DNA of 63,630 nucleotides from Catajapyx aquilonaris (taxonomy: Eukaryota): NCBI GenBank assembly GCA_000934665.2, contig KZ538538.1, positions 1 to 63,630 on the forward strand, in the 5' to 3' direction. The position numbers and the translations under genes are program-made. Shown here piece after piece: positions 11,966 to 26,563 of the stretch. The number at the start of each line of letters is the position of its first letter. Position 1 is the stretch's first letter. The notes beneath the pieces were generated by a model, which was not told the origin of the DNA, did not search any database, and worked only from the letters and a program-made list of their open reading frames with translations.

Positions 11966-14218
11966 CTGCAGAAAAAAAGACCGGAGAAGGAAGGAAGCGT
12001 GTCAAGTGCCACTCATTAATCGCAATAATCTGGGCGCCGGAGAGGGCAGCACGTGCAGGCCTTTGCACTCTCCCATGCACCTATGTACACGCAACAAAAA
12101 AAAAGGCAACAATGATTCCCATACCACTTCCGTAGTACTCATTTCTGACCTCCAGAGTGGGTGGCCATTTGTGCCGAATCCGTCGTGAGAAACATCTTAC
12201 AGCTATGAACAATCAATTATATTGTTGTTTCCGACTGCGACTCGCCAACGTGTGACGTCACAAGTTGACGACTCTCTTCCAGCTCCACCATGTTTTGGCC
12301 AATTTGCTCACTTTTGCTTTTCTCGCAGAACCTATAGCTGAAAATGTGAGCTCGTACTATACACCAGACTGAACTAAGATATAGGCTCACTTTCCCTCAG
12401 TGTATACACACGCGGAATTGGCTTGTGTGTAGCTCGAGCAATGATTATTGTCCATTGTTCAAGTTTTATCTCAGCACTTTGGACCATAATTGGGACTCTG
12501 TGCTGGTCTCTTCGTAATCGGATTATTATTTGCCTTTGTTCGTGTATTTCCGGGCGCGTACCTAGTACGTAATGTGCGGGTACAGTCATGCAGCCATTGC
12601 AGGTGACATGTACACTCGTGACTAAAACCATTAGCACGTCCAGAAACTTTAATTAATTAATCTATACCCCCCCCCCCCAAACGTTACGTTAAAGTTAGAC
12701 AACCTCTCTGAATTCCAGCCGGGGAATTCCCGTTAACAGACCGCTGGAAAAAACTTTGCCGGCTCTTTCCAGTGCTTGAAAATAGGAGTTTATAGGGTGG
12801 GGCTTAAGTGACGATTTCGGGGGACTAAACTGGCGATCAGCTCCACTTGAACTCGGGAATGAAACAAGGAAAACGACGTCATTTTCATCCAACAGTCCTC
12901 CGACCTTCGATGAGAGAGAGAGAGAGAGAGGGAAAAAAAGAACTCCTTTTTTCAAGTAATAAGGGTTACATGGGTATAGAAGCTTAGAAAGCCGAGGTTA
13001 AAATTACAGCCAAAGCCTCTCTCGGTATATTGGGTTGGAAGCAGCAGCAGCCTGCAAGCATCCAAAACGTGGCCTTAATCCCTTTTTGCCTGGGTAGTCC
13101 AGATAACAGCGTTTTTGCAAAATTCTCTCAGCAGAATATTGCGAATCCTAGCCTTAGGCTTAAAAACATACCTCCTTGAAGAAAGGGGGAAAAAAAGTTT
13201 TTTTAAATGAGTGATGGACAACAACCGGGGGAACTTCAAGTGCGATCATTTTGCGAATTTTTTGGTAACTTTTTTGCAGTGACAGAGCCCGTTGGCATAT
13301 TGGCAACCGGCCTAAAATGGCTACGGTTTATTGGCATCCGACGATGTTTGGAAGGGATCAATGAAACGTCAGTGGGGGAAATATTGTCGAGATGTAATGC
13401 GATTTTTTTTTTCGCAGTGGTTATCGACAGCCCCAAGGGTTGTTGCGATATGGGTTACCAGTGTGCGAAATTCGAGCAGAAACCATCAGATTTTCGCAAC
13501 TTGGCCCGTTATAGACACAAAACACTAGCGCGGCACAAAATTTGCAAAATTCTTTTTAATGCGGTCGATCGTACATTTCGCACAATTTTGTTGGAATTAG
13601 TCCACGCTAATTATGCGACTTGTGTGGTTGTGCGCGCAAACTGATCAATAATTATTTGTGGTATTTAGTGATGACGAGGTGAGTTTAACCCTTACTTTAA
13701 ACGTACACGGGGCGTAATATCCACGCTAATTACAGGGGGGCAAGTTTCATTAAATTTTAGGGAGAAGTTGAACCTAATTGCACCGCATAGTTGTGGCTCT
13801 TGACGTAAACAGTAGCGATTTGTTAATTAGTTCGCGTTTTTTTTTCCTAAAATAGGTAATTGCAATATGTAGCGTCGTGAAAAATTTAGGCTCGTGGCAA
13901 CATGATAATCGCAAATACCACAAAAAAGTCAATAAGTATTATGCAGATGTGCTACTGCGGATTGCAAATTAATGGGATCCAACTGAAAATTAAGCTGGAT
14001 TTTCAGATCCGATTGCGCTATTTTTTTTAAAATCCTCTTTACGAGCATCCATCTGCAGAATTGTGCAAATATAATCCGATTAATACGCAGGGACGCAATG
14101 AATGTCATACGAACGTGCGTCAAGACATTAATCGCCTTCATTAATTACATGCAATAATAATTTAGCAAATTATGTATATGTTTACAGCACATCAATCGGT
14201 TCGGAAAATTGGATGCGC

Positions 14219-14219
<1 letters not shown>

Positions 14220-14282
<63 letters not shown>
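14220..14282. repeat. (ATT)n microsatellite
   Basis: About 21 perfect ATT units. Confidence 0.98.
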
Positions 14283-16287
14283 GCTGGAGATATAATACGC
14301 AAATTGCATCTGGCCATGCAACCCTTTTCACATATTTTTATCTCCGGATTTCCCACCCAAATGTGACGGGAAACGAGGACATCTGATGCGACCGTAAATT
14401 TTATTTGCGGTTTTTATTTGCGTCCCTTGCGCATTTGAATGGAAAATGAAAGGAAAAAAAAGATAATAATAGGAAAAGAGCCGTGAACCACACGAACATT
14501 GCGATGCATGCAACTATAACATCTGACGCCAGCATCAAAAGCAGCAAGGACATCATGTCATGATGGCCCCACAGCATATATGGTTTTTGGAGGGAAATGG
14601 ACCTGAAGCCTTCAACTTTCCGCGCCAATTACCAAGACAAGCAAAGTTGTGAAGCTGCGTTTGTTCGGGCTCAGCACATTAATGTTTACTCGAATCCTCT
14701 CCCGCCGAGTTAATCGCTAATTAGCTTCTCGGGATAGAAGCAAATGCGACCAGGCAACTGGAGCAAAAGCAAGACCTCGCAAATCCAGATGATTTCTTGA
14801 AATGTATCGTCCCTAGTATACATATTACATGCTCTCCAGAAATAATTGCATTAAGGAGAGAGAGAACCTTGCCCTTTCGCACTATAGGATTATTATCATT
14901 GCATGTGGGCTTGCATCTCTCTCTCAGAGGAATATTCCCCGTGGATGATGTTTCGTTTACTTGATCCCGCACCATCAGGACCAGTTGGCAACTCACCCAT
15001 TCACGGTTTATATCGGTTCAAAATCTGGCTAAAATCTAGACCCTGGGGAGGTAACTGCCGAGTGACTAATGAAAAAGCAGGCATACACCAAAATTGCGAA
15101 AAACTGAGAGGAACATTTTTTATGGTTGCAAATGTGGAGTTGCGAAATATGCAGCTAATTTCGCAAACAGAATGTTTCACACTCTAGCTATAAAAGGTGA
15201 AAAGTTGACATTGCTGAAATTGGCATAGCTTGAGGATATGCTTTGGAAAGTACTGTACTGCATAAAGTAATGAGACTTGACTAAACCCGTGGAAATATTT
15301 GTAAACCGTCTCAAAAGCATCCGAAAATTAACCGGGTAATTAATTAGCGGGGTAGCATATCTCAGTCTACTAACAATACATTAAAATTTGGTTTTGCACA
15401 TGCGAATGAAATATAAAAGAGTGCAAGAATGGGCCTGCCATGGTTAACTACGGCCTGTTATTTTTTGTGTAACGTATAATGAGGAGAAAGTACGCACCCA
15501 ACATCACATCGTTAGTTTGACTTGTAATAATTTTATGGTGCAAAACCAACAAAAGGCTGTCAGCCAAAATAAAAACAAAAAAAGTTCATGAAAGGCTGTT
15601 TTTCCCCCGTTCATTTTCGTACCTGCCAATTTTTCCCGCTGATAAAATTTGCATTTAGCAGGTACTTTAAATTGATCAACTTACGACTTAAGTGAACTCT
15701 AAACGAATTGGCATTTTTTTGGCAGACGTTTTGCAAAATGTTATGCCCCCCCCCCCTTCTGTTGTCAGTCGATGTGTATATGCGCCCTTTTGGTGTATAA
15801 AATCACCCGGAAAGTTTTCCATGTTTGTGGTTGGCTTTATACGCAGCATGTGGGGAAGGGGAGGTCTGCTCTAAAAAAGGGTCCAGAGCACAGGATGCTG
15901 GAAAAGGTCCGGCCAACCGGCAGCAAAATAAGCTGAGTTTCAAACTGGCACGAGTAATACCATTTGCGCCAATGCCACATCAAAAGATACTGAGAGCAGC
16001 TATCCGGGGGATCAAATTCGACGAAACGGATGGAAAAACACACAGCACGTACACGTACACATAGCAGTGCAGTGGGTCAAAATAGTTCTGGACACACATA
16101 CAGAAAAAAAAGAAGGAAATCTGCCTCTCAACAAAGAGACAGCCCCAAGCATATTAAGGGGGGGGATTCAATGTTGTGGAAATTATTGCCAATCATAGAC
16201 TATATTATTTGTGATTCACTCCATAAACAATATTATATTTTGACTCATCACCTACATGTTCAACAATTAGAGGGCAGAGTCGTAATA

Positions 16288-16463
16288 TAGTGCCCTGGTG
16301 GACTTTGTCCGCGAAGTGACTCATCACCAACTTGCATGTAGTACTACTTTCGCCCTGAGAGTGGCCTGTCCAGAGAGGGATGTGCCAACTGGTAGTTAGC
16401 CTATATCGTACTATATGTCCAAGTTGGGGGGTGGGCCAAAATTTGGCAACGGTTCAGCTACTA
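16288..16463 (+). repeat. Dispersed repeat subfamily B, copy 2
   Basis: CCCTGGTGGACTTTGTCCGCGAAGTGACTCATCACCAAC...GTAGTACTAC...GCCCTGAGAGTGGC...ATATCGTACTA...GTCCAAGTTGGGGGGTGGGCCAA. Matches ~11174, ~26384 and ~32411 (reverse). Confidence 0.85.
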
Positions 16464-18724
16464 TAGTGTGTTCATAATACAGGTTTTACCATGTATAAAA
16501 ATTAGGCCAATTCCAATCATTAAAAAAAATTCCTCCTGGGATCATAATCGGAATATTCAATGAATGGCGGCCATTAATCCGACAGCAGATTGTCCCGTCC
16601 GCAACAATCACTATTACCTGCGAATCGATATGCTATTTTTTTCGCGAAAAAAAAACAAATGGGTTGAGGTGCGTGGAAACCGTTTAGAAAAATAATTGAG
16701 GCGGAAATGCAACATAAATGAGACTTTTTTTTTTTTTCGGAGGCTGGGGTAGTGAGGCGTTGATGAAACAAATGCATCGTTAAGAGTGTGAGATGGATTT
16801 AAATGGCGCTCGTTTGAGGCCCATTACAGCCCGGATGAGTTCGCACATTTGCACATTCCGAGAGCTGGAAAAAAAGGGGGGGGGGGGAGAGAGAACTGCA
16901 CGAATGTAATATGCCAGGTAGAAAATTAACACAGTGGCGTTCGCTGTCGACGGTTTAATTCGCGACCCAAACTGAATTTTTACTCGCCCGATGCGGCCAA
17001 ACCACCTGCTGCAGGAATATTTTTGGCAAAAAAAAAAAATCGACATAATTTCACGCCAGAAAAAAACCGCTCGAATCGATCATCTGGCCTATTATTTTTT
17101 TAAAAAGTGCAATTGATAAACGTTGGTTTCGCACCGGAGACATGTTTGACATCTGGTTTGTTTTTTTTTGCCAACAAATGTGGTTCGTGTCAAACTAGCA
17201 TCAATTAAAAGTTGGGTACGACACGGTATTTATGATCCTGTCCTTCACACATGTATCTGCGGGTATGGCAAAATAAAATGCATGCCAAATTTTTTTGTGT
17301 GGGTCGGGCGACAGTTGTCTGCACCAGACGGCTGGGTATAATGCCAAAAAACCGACTACAAAATAATCCGCCGAATTTTCATTCTCCCGCCCCATACACA
17401 ATTTGCACTAACAGTAGGGGGTAGGGCTATTGTTTCTACCCCCCACTTCCCAAATAACTTTTCGCAAAAAAGCAGATGGGGGGGGGGCTAACTGTGGAAT
17501 TCGCATCACACGAGCGTACGTAAACGGTCTGCTGTCCTTTGCAGTCCCTGCCATCAAAGCAAAACTGATTCGCAACTTTTTTTTTCCCAACCCTTCCTGT
17601 ACCTCCCCAATCGAGTCAAAAGCTGGAGGGAAATATTTTCGGAAACCAAGAGGAACGTGCAATAAATTTTGTTTGCATCAAAACAACTTCTAAGTAGTCG
17701 AGCAGAAAATTCGCAAAGTCTGGTATGGAAAGTGCCAATTTTGCAGCGGACAACAATTCAATTAAGTGGAGGTGTAGCGCATAGTTGTGTGTTTTCCGGG
17801 CTTGAACTGGTTCAATAATTCGCGCAAGTCGCGATTTTTTTTGTTCCTGTCACTTACATTTGCCAAAAAATGCCATTGAATTCACAGCCTTTTTTTTGCG
17901 AAATATTTTCATTTGGGAGCCTCTCCATTATCGAGTCGTGCTAAGCTCATCAAACTCTCTCGGATCAAAATTGCAACTGGAAATGAAATTTGCAGTTTTG
18001 GCGACACAAAGGCAACAACATTTTGCGAACAAGAAAAAAAATATATATGGGTCTCAACTTTGAAGCGACAGCAGCAGATACGAGCAAATTATTATTAACG
18101 AAGCTTGAATCCTTATCTCCACATTTTCCCATAACATAAAGAGGCCTCGCGTAACCAAACAGGAAATTACATAGCCAAGACTTAACAATGGTTCTTACTT
18201 CAGCAGCCTGGCTCTAAAACGAGTCCGAAATTACGTCAAAAGCCCACAAGCAGCAAATGTAATAAAAAGAAGAAGAAAAAGAAGGAGAAAGTGTCCCAAT
18301 GTCATACTTTGAGTGTCGGCCATTCATCCTCGGGACCCACAGAAAAAGAAGTTAGATGATACAAAAGGTGTGAATAATGTGACTCTATTTTTTTCCTCGA
18401 CTATATATATTTTTTTAATATGAAAAGAAGGATAGGAGAGTGTAATCCAAAGGATGAGCCCGAGGCGTAATAGAAAAAGGAAGACATCACTTTTTTTTTT
18501 CAGCTCCTTCTCCAAAAGATGTTAACCTCGACTTTTTCCGCGGGGCCCGGAAGCTTTAGGTCGCAATTTTATTTGGCGGGATAAAAAATGGCGACTCGTA
18601 AATCCTGTGGAGGCGTTTGTTTATTTATTTTTATACCGGAGCCCCCGCCAGTCTTTTGCTCCGACCTAGGTTGTCAAATGGGCCAAATTATAGGAAGTAA
18701 GTTTTTTTTTTGGGGGGGGGGGGG

Positions 18725-18737
18725 NNNNNNNNNNNNN
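18725..18737. other. Assembly gap (13 N) inside a poly-G run
   Basis: The N run is flanked by G homopolymers. Single Ns also lie in G-rich sequence at 29403 and 63312. Confidence 0.95.
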
Positions 18738-19856
18738 GGGGGGGAAACTTGTTGCGCGGCGTACTGGTCAAGGCAGCAGTAATTAATTTTTGGACATCTA
18801 ATTATTGCCAATAATGCATTTTCTCTCTCAATATATTTCGTGTGCAGCTCGTGTAACTGTGGCGTGTGATGTACAGTACAGCTGTACAGAGGGGTATGTA
18901 ATTGACGAGTAAATGAAAGCGTGTTATGAAATAATTAGCAATATTGCGTTGTAATAATGCCATGTGCATAAATTGTAGTATGGTTAATGTAATCATCCGG
19001 CCCCTTGTTGTTGTGGTTTGCAGGTTGCAGAATTCTTCGCGGAAAATCTCATGTGCCAATAACCATGTCCCAATTTTACGGTTTACAAAAATTACTGCTT
19101 GGCAAGGTTTAAAACCATTAGCACTTTAAAACACCATTTTGTGTCTGTTAAATGAGCTTTTTAATAGTTAAAATGCTAATTCGTTGCAGTGCTAATTCAT
19201 ATCCTGTCCAACATTGCTTTGACAGCTGCAACAATTAATTTGAGGATCTAGTTAATGTTGTGAGTTGCATTGGCGGGTCCAAGGACGACCTTGTGGTCGA
19301 CCTTCCAGTATCGCATCGGGGTCCTCAGGTTAATTCTGTCAAGAGTATACTTTAATTAAAAGAGTAGCCGAATCTATAAGCCCCTCGTAACATTTCTGGA
19401 ACAATCTCGCGTGTACTGAATGTAACTACATATTAATTACTGTAGCATAGCCCTTCCCCACTATACGACCACTAAATGTTATTACCTACAGTGATTACTA
19501 CAAAATGATTGCTCTCTAATAGGGGTTTGCTTTTCCTAATGGTTTTGCTGTAACTACTACTATGAATGGTACCGCTTTGCAATAATTTATTGTCACCATT
19601 GCGCCTGATTCAACCAGCCATTAACGAAATATCAAAAAACCTTACTTTATAGCATCCGGTCCACTCTGTAATTATTACTTGTTCGTAAGTGTCGTAACAT
19701 ATACGATACAAGTACGATTTTAATACACTATAGTAGAGCGGTACGAATATTTCTTCAGGAGGATTCTTTTTTACTTGAAGAAATAGATTCAATCAATTGC
19801 ATTTATCTGATAGTTTTGTTTCCAATTTTTACAACATGTTACTACCAGGAGCGTTT

Positions 19857-19862
<6 letters not shown>

Positions 19863-19917
<55 letters not shown>
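19863..19917. repeat. (CT)n microsatellite
   Basis: Perfect dinucleotide run of about 55 nt. Confidence 0.98.
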
Positions 19918-19918
<1 letters not shown>

Positions 19919-20814
19919 GAAAATGTAACTACCTAAAATCGTTTCCAAAAAAAGAAAAATCCAGGCGTTCGTTCCCTGGACGGCCCTTTTCCTTTCTGGT
20001 TTCTCTCGCCATTGAGCGATTGGTCCTGGGTGTACCTTCCGAATTAACCGGCCAATCGCCAAAATCCCTGCCCCAAATTCCCCCAATAATCATCCCCAGA
20101 AAAAGGAGAGAGGGGGGGGGGTGCTGGAGCCGGCAGTTAATCAATAGGCCCCCAGAGATAATTGCAGTAATAACCACCACTCCGAATAATAATAATGTTG
20201 AAATAAAAAAAAGTGTAACACATAACATGCATGATGCCTCGCATGTTTTTTTTTATATATACGAAAAAGCACCTTAGCGTGACTTCCGGGGGCTCCCATG
20301 TCCAATTGGGTCTAGGGTTGACTACAATCGGTTTTTTGGAGGGGTGGTTGGGTGGTTTTATATCCCCCCCCCCCCCCAACCCTCACTTGTGGAAATTCCG
20401 TCGTTCCGGTGGCCTCCCAAAGGCGGGGGACCTCCCCCTCCACCACCCCCAAAAAAAGAGGCCGCCTTTTCACTGCATATTGTTAAATTGGGTTGTGGGC
20501 ATGTCACGTTGTTACAGAGTTACGCATACACATTGAACCTCCGGTAAGCCCATTTTTTTTATCCAGAGCAGACAGGAGGCTTGTTTAGAAAGTGTATTTT
20601 TGTTGGAATGAGGCAATGTGTCGCGTGCAAATGCTGGGTGAGAAAGGCATGGACTCAATTACAGTACATTCCCCCGCAGGGTTACAGCCATTGTTAAAAC
20701 TCGGCTTTTTTTTAATGAGTAAAATGTGGTGCGCACATTTAAAAAAAAATGGCATAAGAAGTACACAATATGATATAATTAATGAAATACGAGATTACAA
20801 AAAAATACCTAATA

Positions 20815-21004
20815 GGCTTATTCTCTCCGTGCTGATGTTTGTCCGACCTGATAGTATCGCTATTGCCCTGAAGGTGGCAGAAGTGTGCAGAGGAAGTATG
20901 CGCCATCTGTGAGCAAAAAATAATACTACGCGGTAAATCGGCGGGCTATCTCCGCATTAAAGTCACTATCATAATGATTGCAGGTATTGTCAAATTTTGG
21001 GAAT
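20815..21004 (+). repeat. Dispersed repeat subfamily A, copy 2
   Basis: GATGTTTGTCCGACCTGATAGTATCGCTATTGCCCTGAAGGTGGCAGAAGTGTGCAGAGG...GCGCCATCTG...TACTACGCGGTAAATCGGCGGGC. Confidence 0.85.
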
Positions 21005-22759
21005 GAGTTCGCTAGTTATAGTATAAAAGTAGGTCTATAATATGTCTGTGCATTTTTTTAGCGATGTGTGTCCTCTTTTTAGCACGAGCGAGCCGTATAT
21101 TTTCCATTATTCCCGGAGATTTCGATCGAAATATGCTTTCATTTTAACGCCCCCTCCCCTCCTCCTCCTCTTATAATTGTCAGCCCACCCTTTCATTGAT
21201 CTTTTTTACGACACTGCAAATGGTATGTACATACAGCCAGTGCCGGTAATGGAATCCTGCGCTACTTCATTACGGCCCAGAATATTTCTGAAGCTCATTT
21301 TTACGTCAGTTCCGAAATTACGCCGAGAGCAGGTCTCTGATTACACGCCCATCCCCCCCTCCCCCCCCCCCAAATGAAGAATGGTGCATGTCCCAAAATG
21401 TGAAAGTTTTAAAAGTAAAATGTCAACGAACAGTATGAAAATGACAAGTTGTTTATCCAGCATGTTGCTGCAATATATTTTTTTTCCGTGCGCCGCATCA
21501 TTTTATAGCGTTTGTTTATGTGCTCAAAACAGGGTGATGGTAAATACTATACATGATAGCAATTTCGTCTGGATGCTAATTACTCTTTGTAGCGCATTTT
21601 GTTCAATATGAGATATACATTTAGTATGCAAAATTTGCTGTTATTCAGTTATCCAACTTTCCATAATATAACGTGATATCAAAGGCAATTAGTGCGACAA
21701 AAAAAATAGTAATGCATGTCCCTATTGTTCGGTACATAACTGCTCCCAATTTGCTTCCCATTGTTTCAGAGCATGTAAGGATTTAAACCCTGATTATAAC
21801 CGTTCGATATTTTGTCCATTATTTCATTCCCCCTCACTACCCTCTCCCCTCCACTAATTTAAAATAATAAAAAAAATCCCGATGCAGCAGTTATTATGTC
21901 GAAATCAAATCCCGGTTTCCAATTACGGCTACGACCATTGCGTGCTCCATTTACGACTGATTACTCCTAGAAAACTACTCCATACAAATTGTGGGTCGTT
22001 TACCCCCAGATGTTCGACCTTTTTTATATTATTTTCTGGGGATGTTCTCTTCCTGGTATTTGAATTGTACTGTACGTACACAGTGAAGTGCAGCATATCA
22101 TGTTCATTATACTAACCTACCCTCACTAAGTGTGTGTGTGTGTGTCAACGACCCTCCTCTTCCTTGACACTAGAAACCAAAGCAGCATCTCATCTTCCCC
22201 CATCTGGCATCGCCCCTATTTTTAAACACCGTCTCCGGTCCAGAGGCAGAAAACGGAGCCTGTGGCTGCAGCAGCACTACTGTAATTCATCTCAGGGGCA
22301 AACCAACCCCTTCTTGGGATGGCAGAGGGGGGGCAAAACATTCAATAAAATAATTAATGGCTGTATGATGGGCGCTCTGCTGGAGTAGCTCTCGCCCTTG
22401 CTCATGATAAGCCCACTCCTGCATATCTGCAGCTGGGATCCTACTTTTTTTTTTCTCCGAGTGGTTGAGGTGGGGGAGAGGGGCATAAAAAAAATAGAAG
22501 AGTACAAAAAAAAGTGCAACAAAGAGCCGCATATCAAAGTCTCACAACACGATATTTTCCCAAGCTGCGCTCTCAAAGGGGTAGCCACGACACCTTTTTT
22601 TCACGTCCTTACTTATGTGTGACACGTGCTTTCAAAACATGGGCATTTCCATTGGGAATTAGTGATTGGAATAAATAAATAAATAATACAGTACGTTCAC
22701 AATTACGTAAATAATTCATTAGGTAATGTATGTAATTCAGGTGTTAATGATGTCGTATA

Positions 22760-22950
22760 CAGGGTGACTCTAATGTCTGGATGCATAGGTAATTGGATTG
22801 TATTGTTGGGCTTTCCAGTTGTGCCAACTATAGCAAACTATTGTTGTAAGTTAGTAAAGGATGAGTTGGTATACGGTTGGAGTTGGCACAACTGAAAACC
22901 AACAATGCAGTCCAATTACCTATGTATCCTGACGCTTTAGAGTCACCCTG
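22760..22950. mobile_element. Tc1/mariner-type MITE (foldback)
   Basis: The ~70-bp inverted arms are CAGGGTGACTCTAA...CATAGGTAATTGGA...CAGTTGTGCCAACT and AGTTGGCACAACTG...TCCAATTACCTATG...TTAGAGTCACCCTG. The left flank is TA and the right flank is TG. Confidence 0.8.
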
Positions 22951-24710
22951 TGCAATGATTGTAGCCACATGTTACAGTCGTTATATAATTGCTAGTTTAA
23001 TTAATAATACTATAAATACCTCATTATTAACCTAGTAGTTTACACTCATTACTTGTCATTATTATTAATTATCAAATTATATTAGTGAACAGCTAAATTT
23101 TTTTTTTGCATAATCAGCTAATTTAGCAGACACGAATTTACTGTTATCTTTATTCGCCTCAACATGCTGATTAAAAAATTCGTCGATGAAATTTTTTTTC
23201 GTGCAGGTCAAGAGCAATGTTTCCGATTGATGGAGTCAATTTTTTGGATGGGTATATCGCCCAGGCTGTTTATGCGGCATCATGAAATGTCAACTCCATT
23301 TCGATAACAGGGTTACGGTCCGTTTTTTTTTCTTCTTCGGCGGAATAAAAAAAGGCGGGAGTGTCGCGTGTAATATCGTAATTATTAGATAAGGGAAGCG
23401 GTGGCCTGGTGTGCGATGTATAATTACATAGGTAAACACCATTCCTGCAGATAGTTTTTTTTTCTCTCTCGTCCTATAGCCCCTCCATGCCTATCTAGCG
23501 TTTGTTCGGTTGATTAAAATATCGGAAAGGGGTATATTACTATAGGTCTGACACTAGCAGGGTTAATTAATTAATTTACGTCAATCTTATTTTCGCTCAA
23601 GGTTTTTGCTGGTTCCCTCAGGCATCATTCGCAATGTTCACTCTAGTGAAACAATTTTGCACGGATTTAATCACAGGAACATGCACATTTTTTTTCCAGC
23701 AAAGCCAATGCGCGGGACGACAATTTTTTTTTGGCAAAGTAATTATTGTAGTTCGATATTGCATGATGTCGCGTTCTTATGACCGGATTCTTTTTTTTGT
23801 GATATACGGGTTATATTTCCGGTGTAGTGTTCCGGACCTCGACGGTTCATTACGGGGATGCGAAAACAAACATGCCCGCGGTGCACTACAGGGCCCAAAA
23901 TGTTGTTTTGTGACAAGCAGACAAAACTAACAGTGCGGCATCGGATGGCACGTGCGTTTTCACATTATGAAGAAGAAATTAGACCGTTATGTAATTACAC
24001 TCCAAAGAGTAGCCAACCGTGCTCACTATACGTATACGCGTGTTTATCCAAATTATGCAAATATATTCCAAGTTATAGTCAGCTGAATTCCCAAAAATAA
24101 TATCATATTATGGCAGGAATTAAAATAACATTGTCGAATAACACCATTCGCAAGTCTGCATATAAATTTTTTGTAGTGCAAAATGAACACATTCCTTTTC
24201 CCTCCAGGATAAATCCCACCTTGTTAACCCCCCCCCCTCCCCCAAAAAAAGGAGAGAAAAACCAGAAGCAACAGGAACAATTTCCAGACGATTTCATCCG
24301 AAAATCCGGGCGTGGAAAATGAGGCCGGAAGCTCGCCAGAAACGCGAATTGACAAGCTGCAAATTTCTGCACTCGCGAAAAGTGCTCCTCCCACACTCCA
24401 AATTTACTCTGGGAGGACTTAAGGGGGGGACGTGCAAAAGTAGTTAGCTCCCCCCCTTAGAACACAATCCCTCCATTTAGTCCCCCCTAGTAAACTTTTG
24501 GGATACAACACAACTGTTAGCAACCATCTTGGGCTGATGGGGGAAGAGGAAAAAAAATCGCAAAATTTCCTCTCTCGAAAGTTCCTCGCAGTGAATAAAA
24601 AAATTGTTTTCGACAAATCAATAAGTTTAAAGGCGCAACTTTGCAATTAATTTTGGGGAGAAAGGATATACAGGATAATATTTTGTCTACCATTCGATAT
24701 GTACCATGCG

Positions 24711-25036
24711 CACTCTAAAATATTTTTGAGTGAAAATGGGGGGGGGGGGGGGAATAAGCATTTTCGCAAAATGCTCTTTTTTGAGTGAATTTTACTCCGC
24801 AAAGAGTGACTTTCGAGAGAAAAATTACTCGACAGAAGAATTAAAATGTGCATGAAACTGCTCTTTCAGTGAGCGAACAGTTTGAGTAATTTTTCGCTCA
24901 ATCTGAGTGAAATGATATAGCTCAAAAATATTTCACTCAAGTGATCCACTCAATTTGATCCGCAATCAATCCAAGTAGAATATTGAGTGAAAAATCACTC
25001 AAATTGAGTGGAAAACAACTCAATTTTTTTAGAGTG
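24711..25036. mobile_element. Non-autonomous DNA element with CACTCTAAAA termini and internal TTGAGTGA/TCACTCAA subrepeats (CMC/CACTA-like organisation)
   Basis: CACTCTAAAA at 24711 and TTTTAGAGTG ending at 25036, with many internal GAGTGA/TCACTC motifs in both orientations. Similar motif-rich remnants lie near 10090-10200 and 55870-55970. Confidence 0.5.
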
Positions 25037-26156
25037 GTTCAATTACATATTAAGGAATTCTGTAAAATATTAATAATCAAATAATTCGGATGCTGCAGTA
25101 TGAGACTTTTATTCTTCTTTCCTCTCTTGGATACTGTACAAGTAGTCCTAAGAGGCTTAATAATGAAGAGCAGTCATCTTATTAGTTGATGAAACCAGTC
25201 AAGAGATGAATCATCTACTTACCGCCAACCGAATGCACTTACTGATGCTCTACTTAGGGGTAATTACAACGAATTGAGCTTGTACAGGGTGTCCCAGCCA
25301 TACGCTGACAAAAGTTTTCCTAATTACCAAGCATCCGCTTCGAAGCATATAATTACCGCAAATTTTTTTTCCCCCCCTCACCACCACTCTTATGTATGCA
25401 CGGACAAAGAGAGGCATTGATTTCGCACATTCGCATTCTGGAAAGAGCCGGCCCGTAAATTGCACACGTCCGTCATGCAAATGCAACACAAATGAAATTA
25501 ATAACGGTCTGGTTAATGGCTTCCCCCCCTGTAGCCTGCAGAAGCTGCAGGAACTCTCGCCAAAAAAATTTTTTTTAGGGGACGCAAAAATAAGGGGCTC
25601 AAGATACGGTTTGGAGTCGCTAAAAAAAAATTCGCGAGCGGGAGTAGACCACAATGAAGTACGCTTTTCATCGGCGTCCCGGGATTGAAATCTAGTGGAA
25701 TGGCTTTTGTGACTGTCTCTCAGGGGCTGAGAGAGAGGGGCGTTATATGAAAGGGGGGGGGGGGGGGTATAAAAATGACACACACAAAAAAAAAATGTTG
25801 GCGACACCAAAAGTACCGGTAGAGACACTAGCCATCATATTACATGAGCCCACCACCCATCAGTTTCTTTTTTCTCTCTCTCTCTCTCTCTCTGACCATA
25901 ACTCTTTTTATTTCCAAGCCCTGTCCGGCAATGATGATTAACTACTTCCAGGACTCGTCCAGATTTCCTGTCGGCCCCACGCCTTTTGAATGATTCGTTA
26001 CACAATAATTGAGGAGGGCCTCCATTGTTCAGTCTGATTGCGCGCTTCTGGCCGGAAACTTAACATCTCAAATTGCCATCACTATTTAACCATGCGTGAA
26101 CTCATCCGGCAGGGGGGGTCACTGCTTTAAAATAAACTATCCTGAGCCATCTAATC

Positions 26157-26300
26157 CGCTTAGTCTCTCCGTCTGATGTTTGTCCCACCTGATAGTACCA
26201 CCATCTCCCGCATGACTTGAGAGTGGCAGGAGTGTGCAGGGGAAGAGCGCGCCATCTATGCGTGACTATGCGTACTACGTGGTAAATCGTCCTCCAGCGG
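26157..26300 (+). repeat. Dispersed repeat subfamily A, copy 3
   Basis: CTGATGTTTGTCCCACCTGATAGTA...GAGTGGCAGGAGTGTGCAG...GCGCCATCTATGCGTGA...GTACTACGTGGTAAATCG. Confidence 0.8.
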
Positions 26301-26383
26301 GGTACTAACATACGATGGAGATAATAAGCGGATTAGAAGAAGAACGATAAGAGTTCACTAGTAATATAGAATTGGCTAGGCAT

Positions 26384-26563
26384 GACTTTGTCCCTACGAG
26401 CGGTGACTCATCACCAACGTGCACTTTCCCCGTGCAGTGGCAGTGCAGAGAGCATATGCGTGCCATCTGGTTGTGGCATATCGTACTACGTCCAAGTGTG
26501 GGCCGGGCAGTGTTGCCAAATTTTGACAACCTGTGGCCTAATGCTGCTGAAAGTTACTGCTAT
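26384..26563 (+). repeat. Dispersed repeat subfamily B, copy 3
   Basis: GACTTTGTCC...GTGACTCATCACCAACGTGC...GTGCCATCTGGTTGTGGCATATCGTACTACGTCCAAG...GGCAGTGTTGCCAAATTTT. Confidence 0.8.

Noticed and set aside
14172..14366. Poly-Ile ORF (and the poly-Ile/Asn ORFs at 32621-32837)
   Set aside because: These are translations of (ATT)n microsatellites.
19235..19333. TTAA-flanked piggyBac-like inverted ends
   Set aside because: The match is short and degenerate, which is not enough to call.
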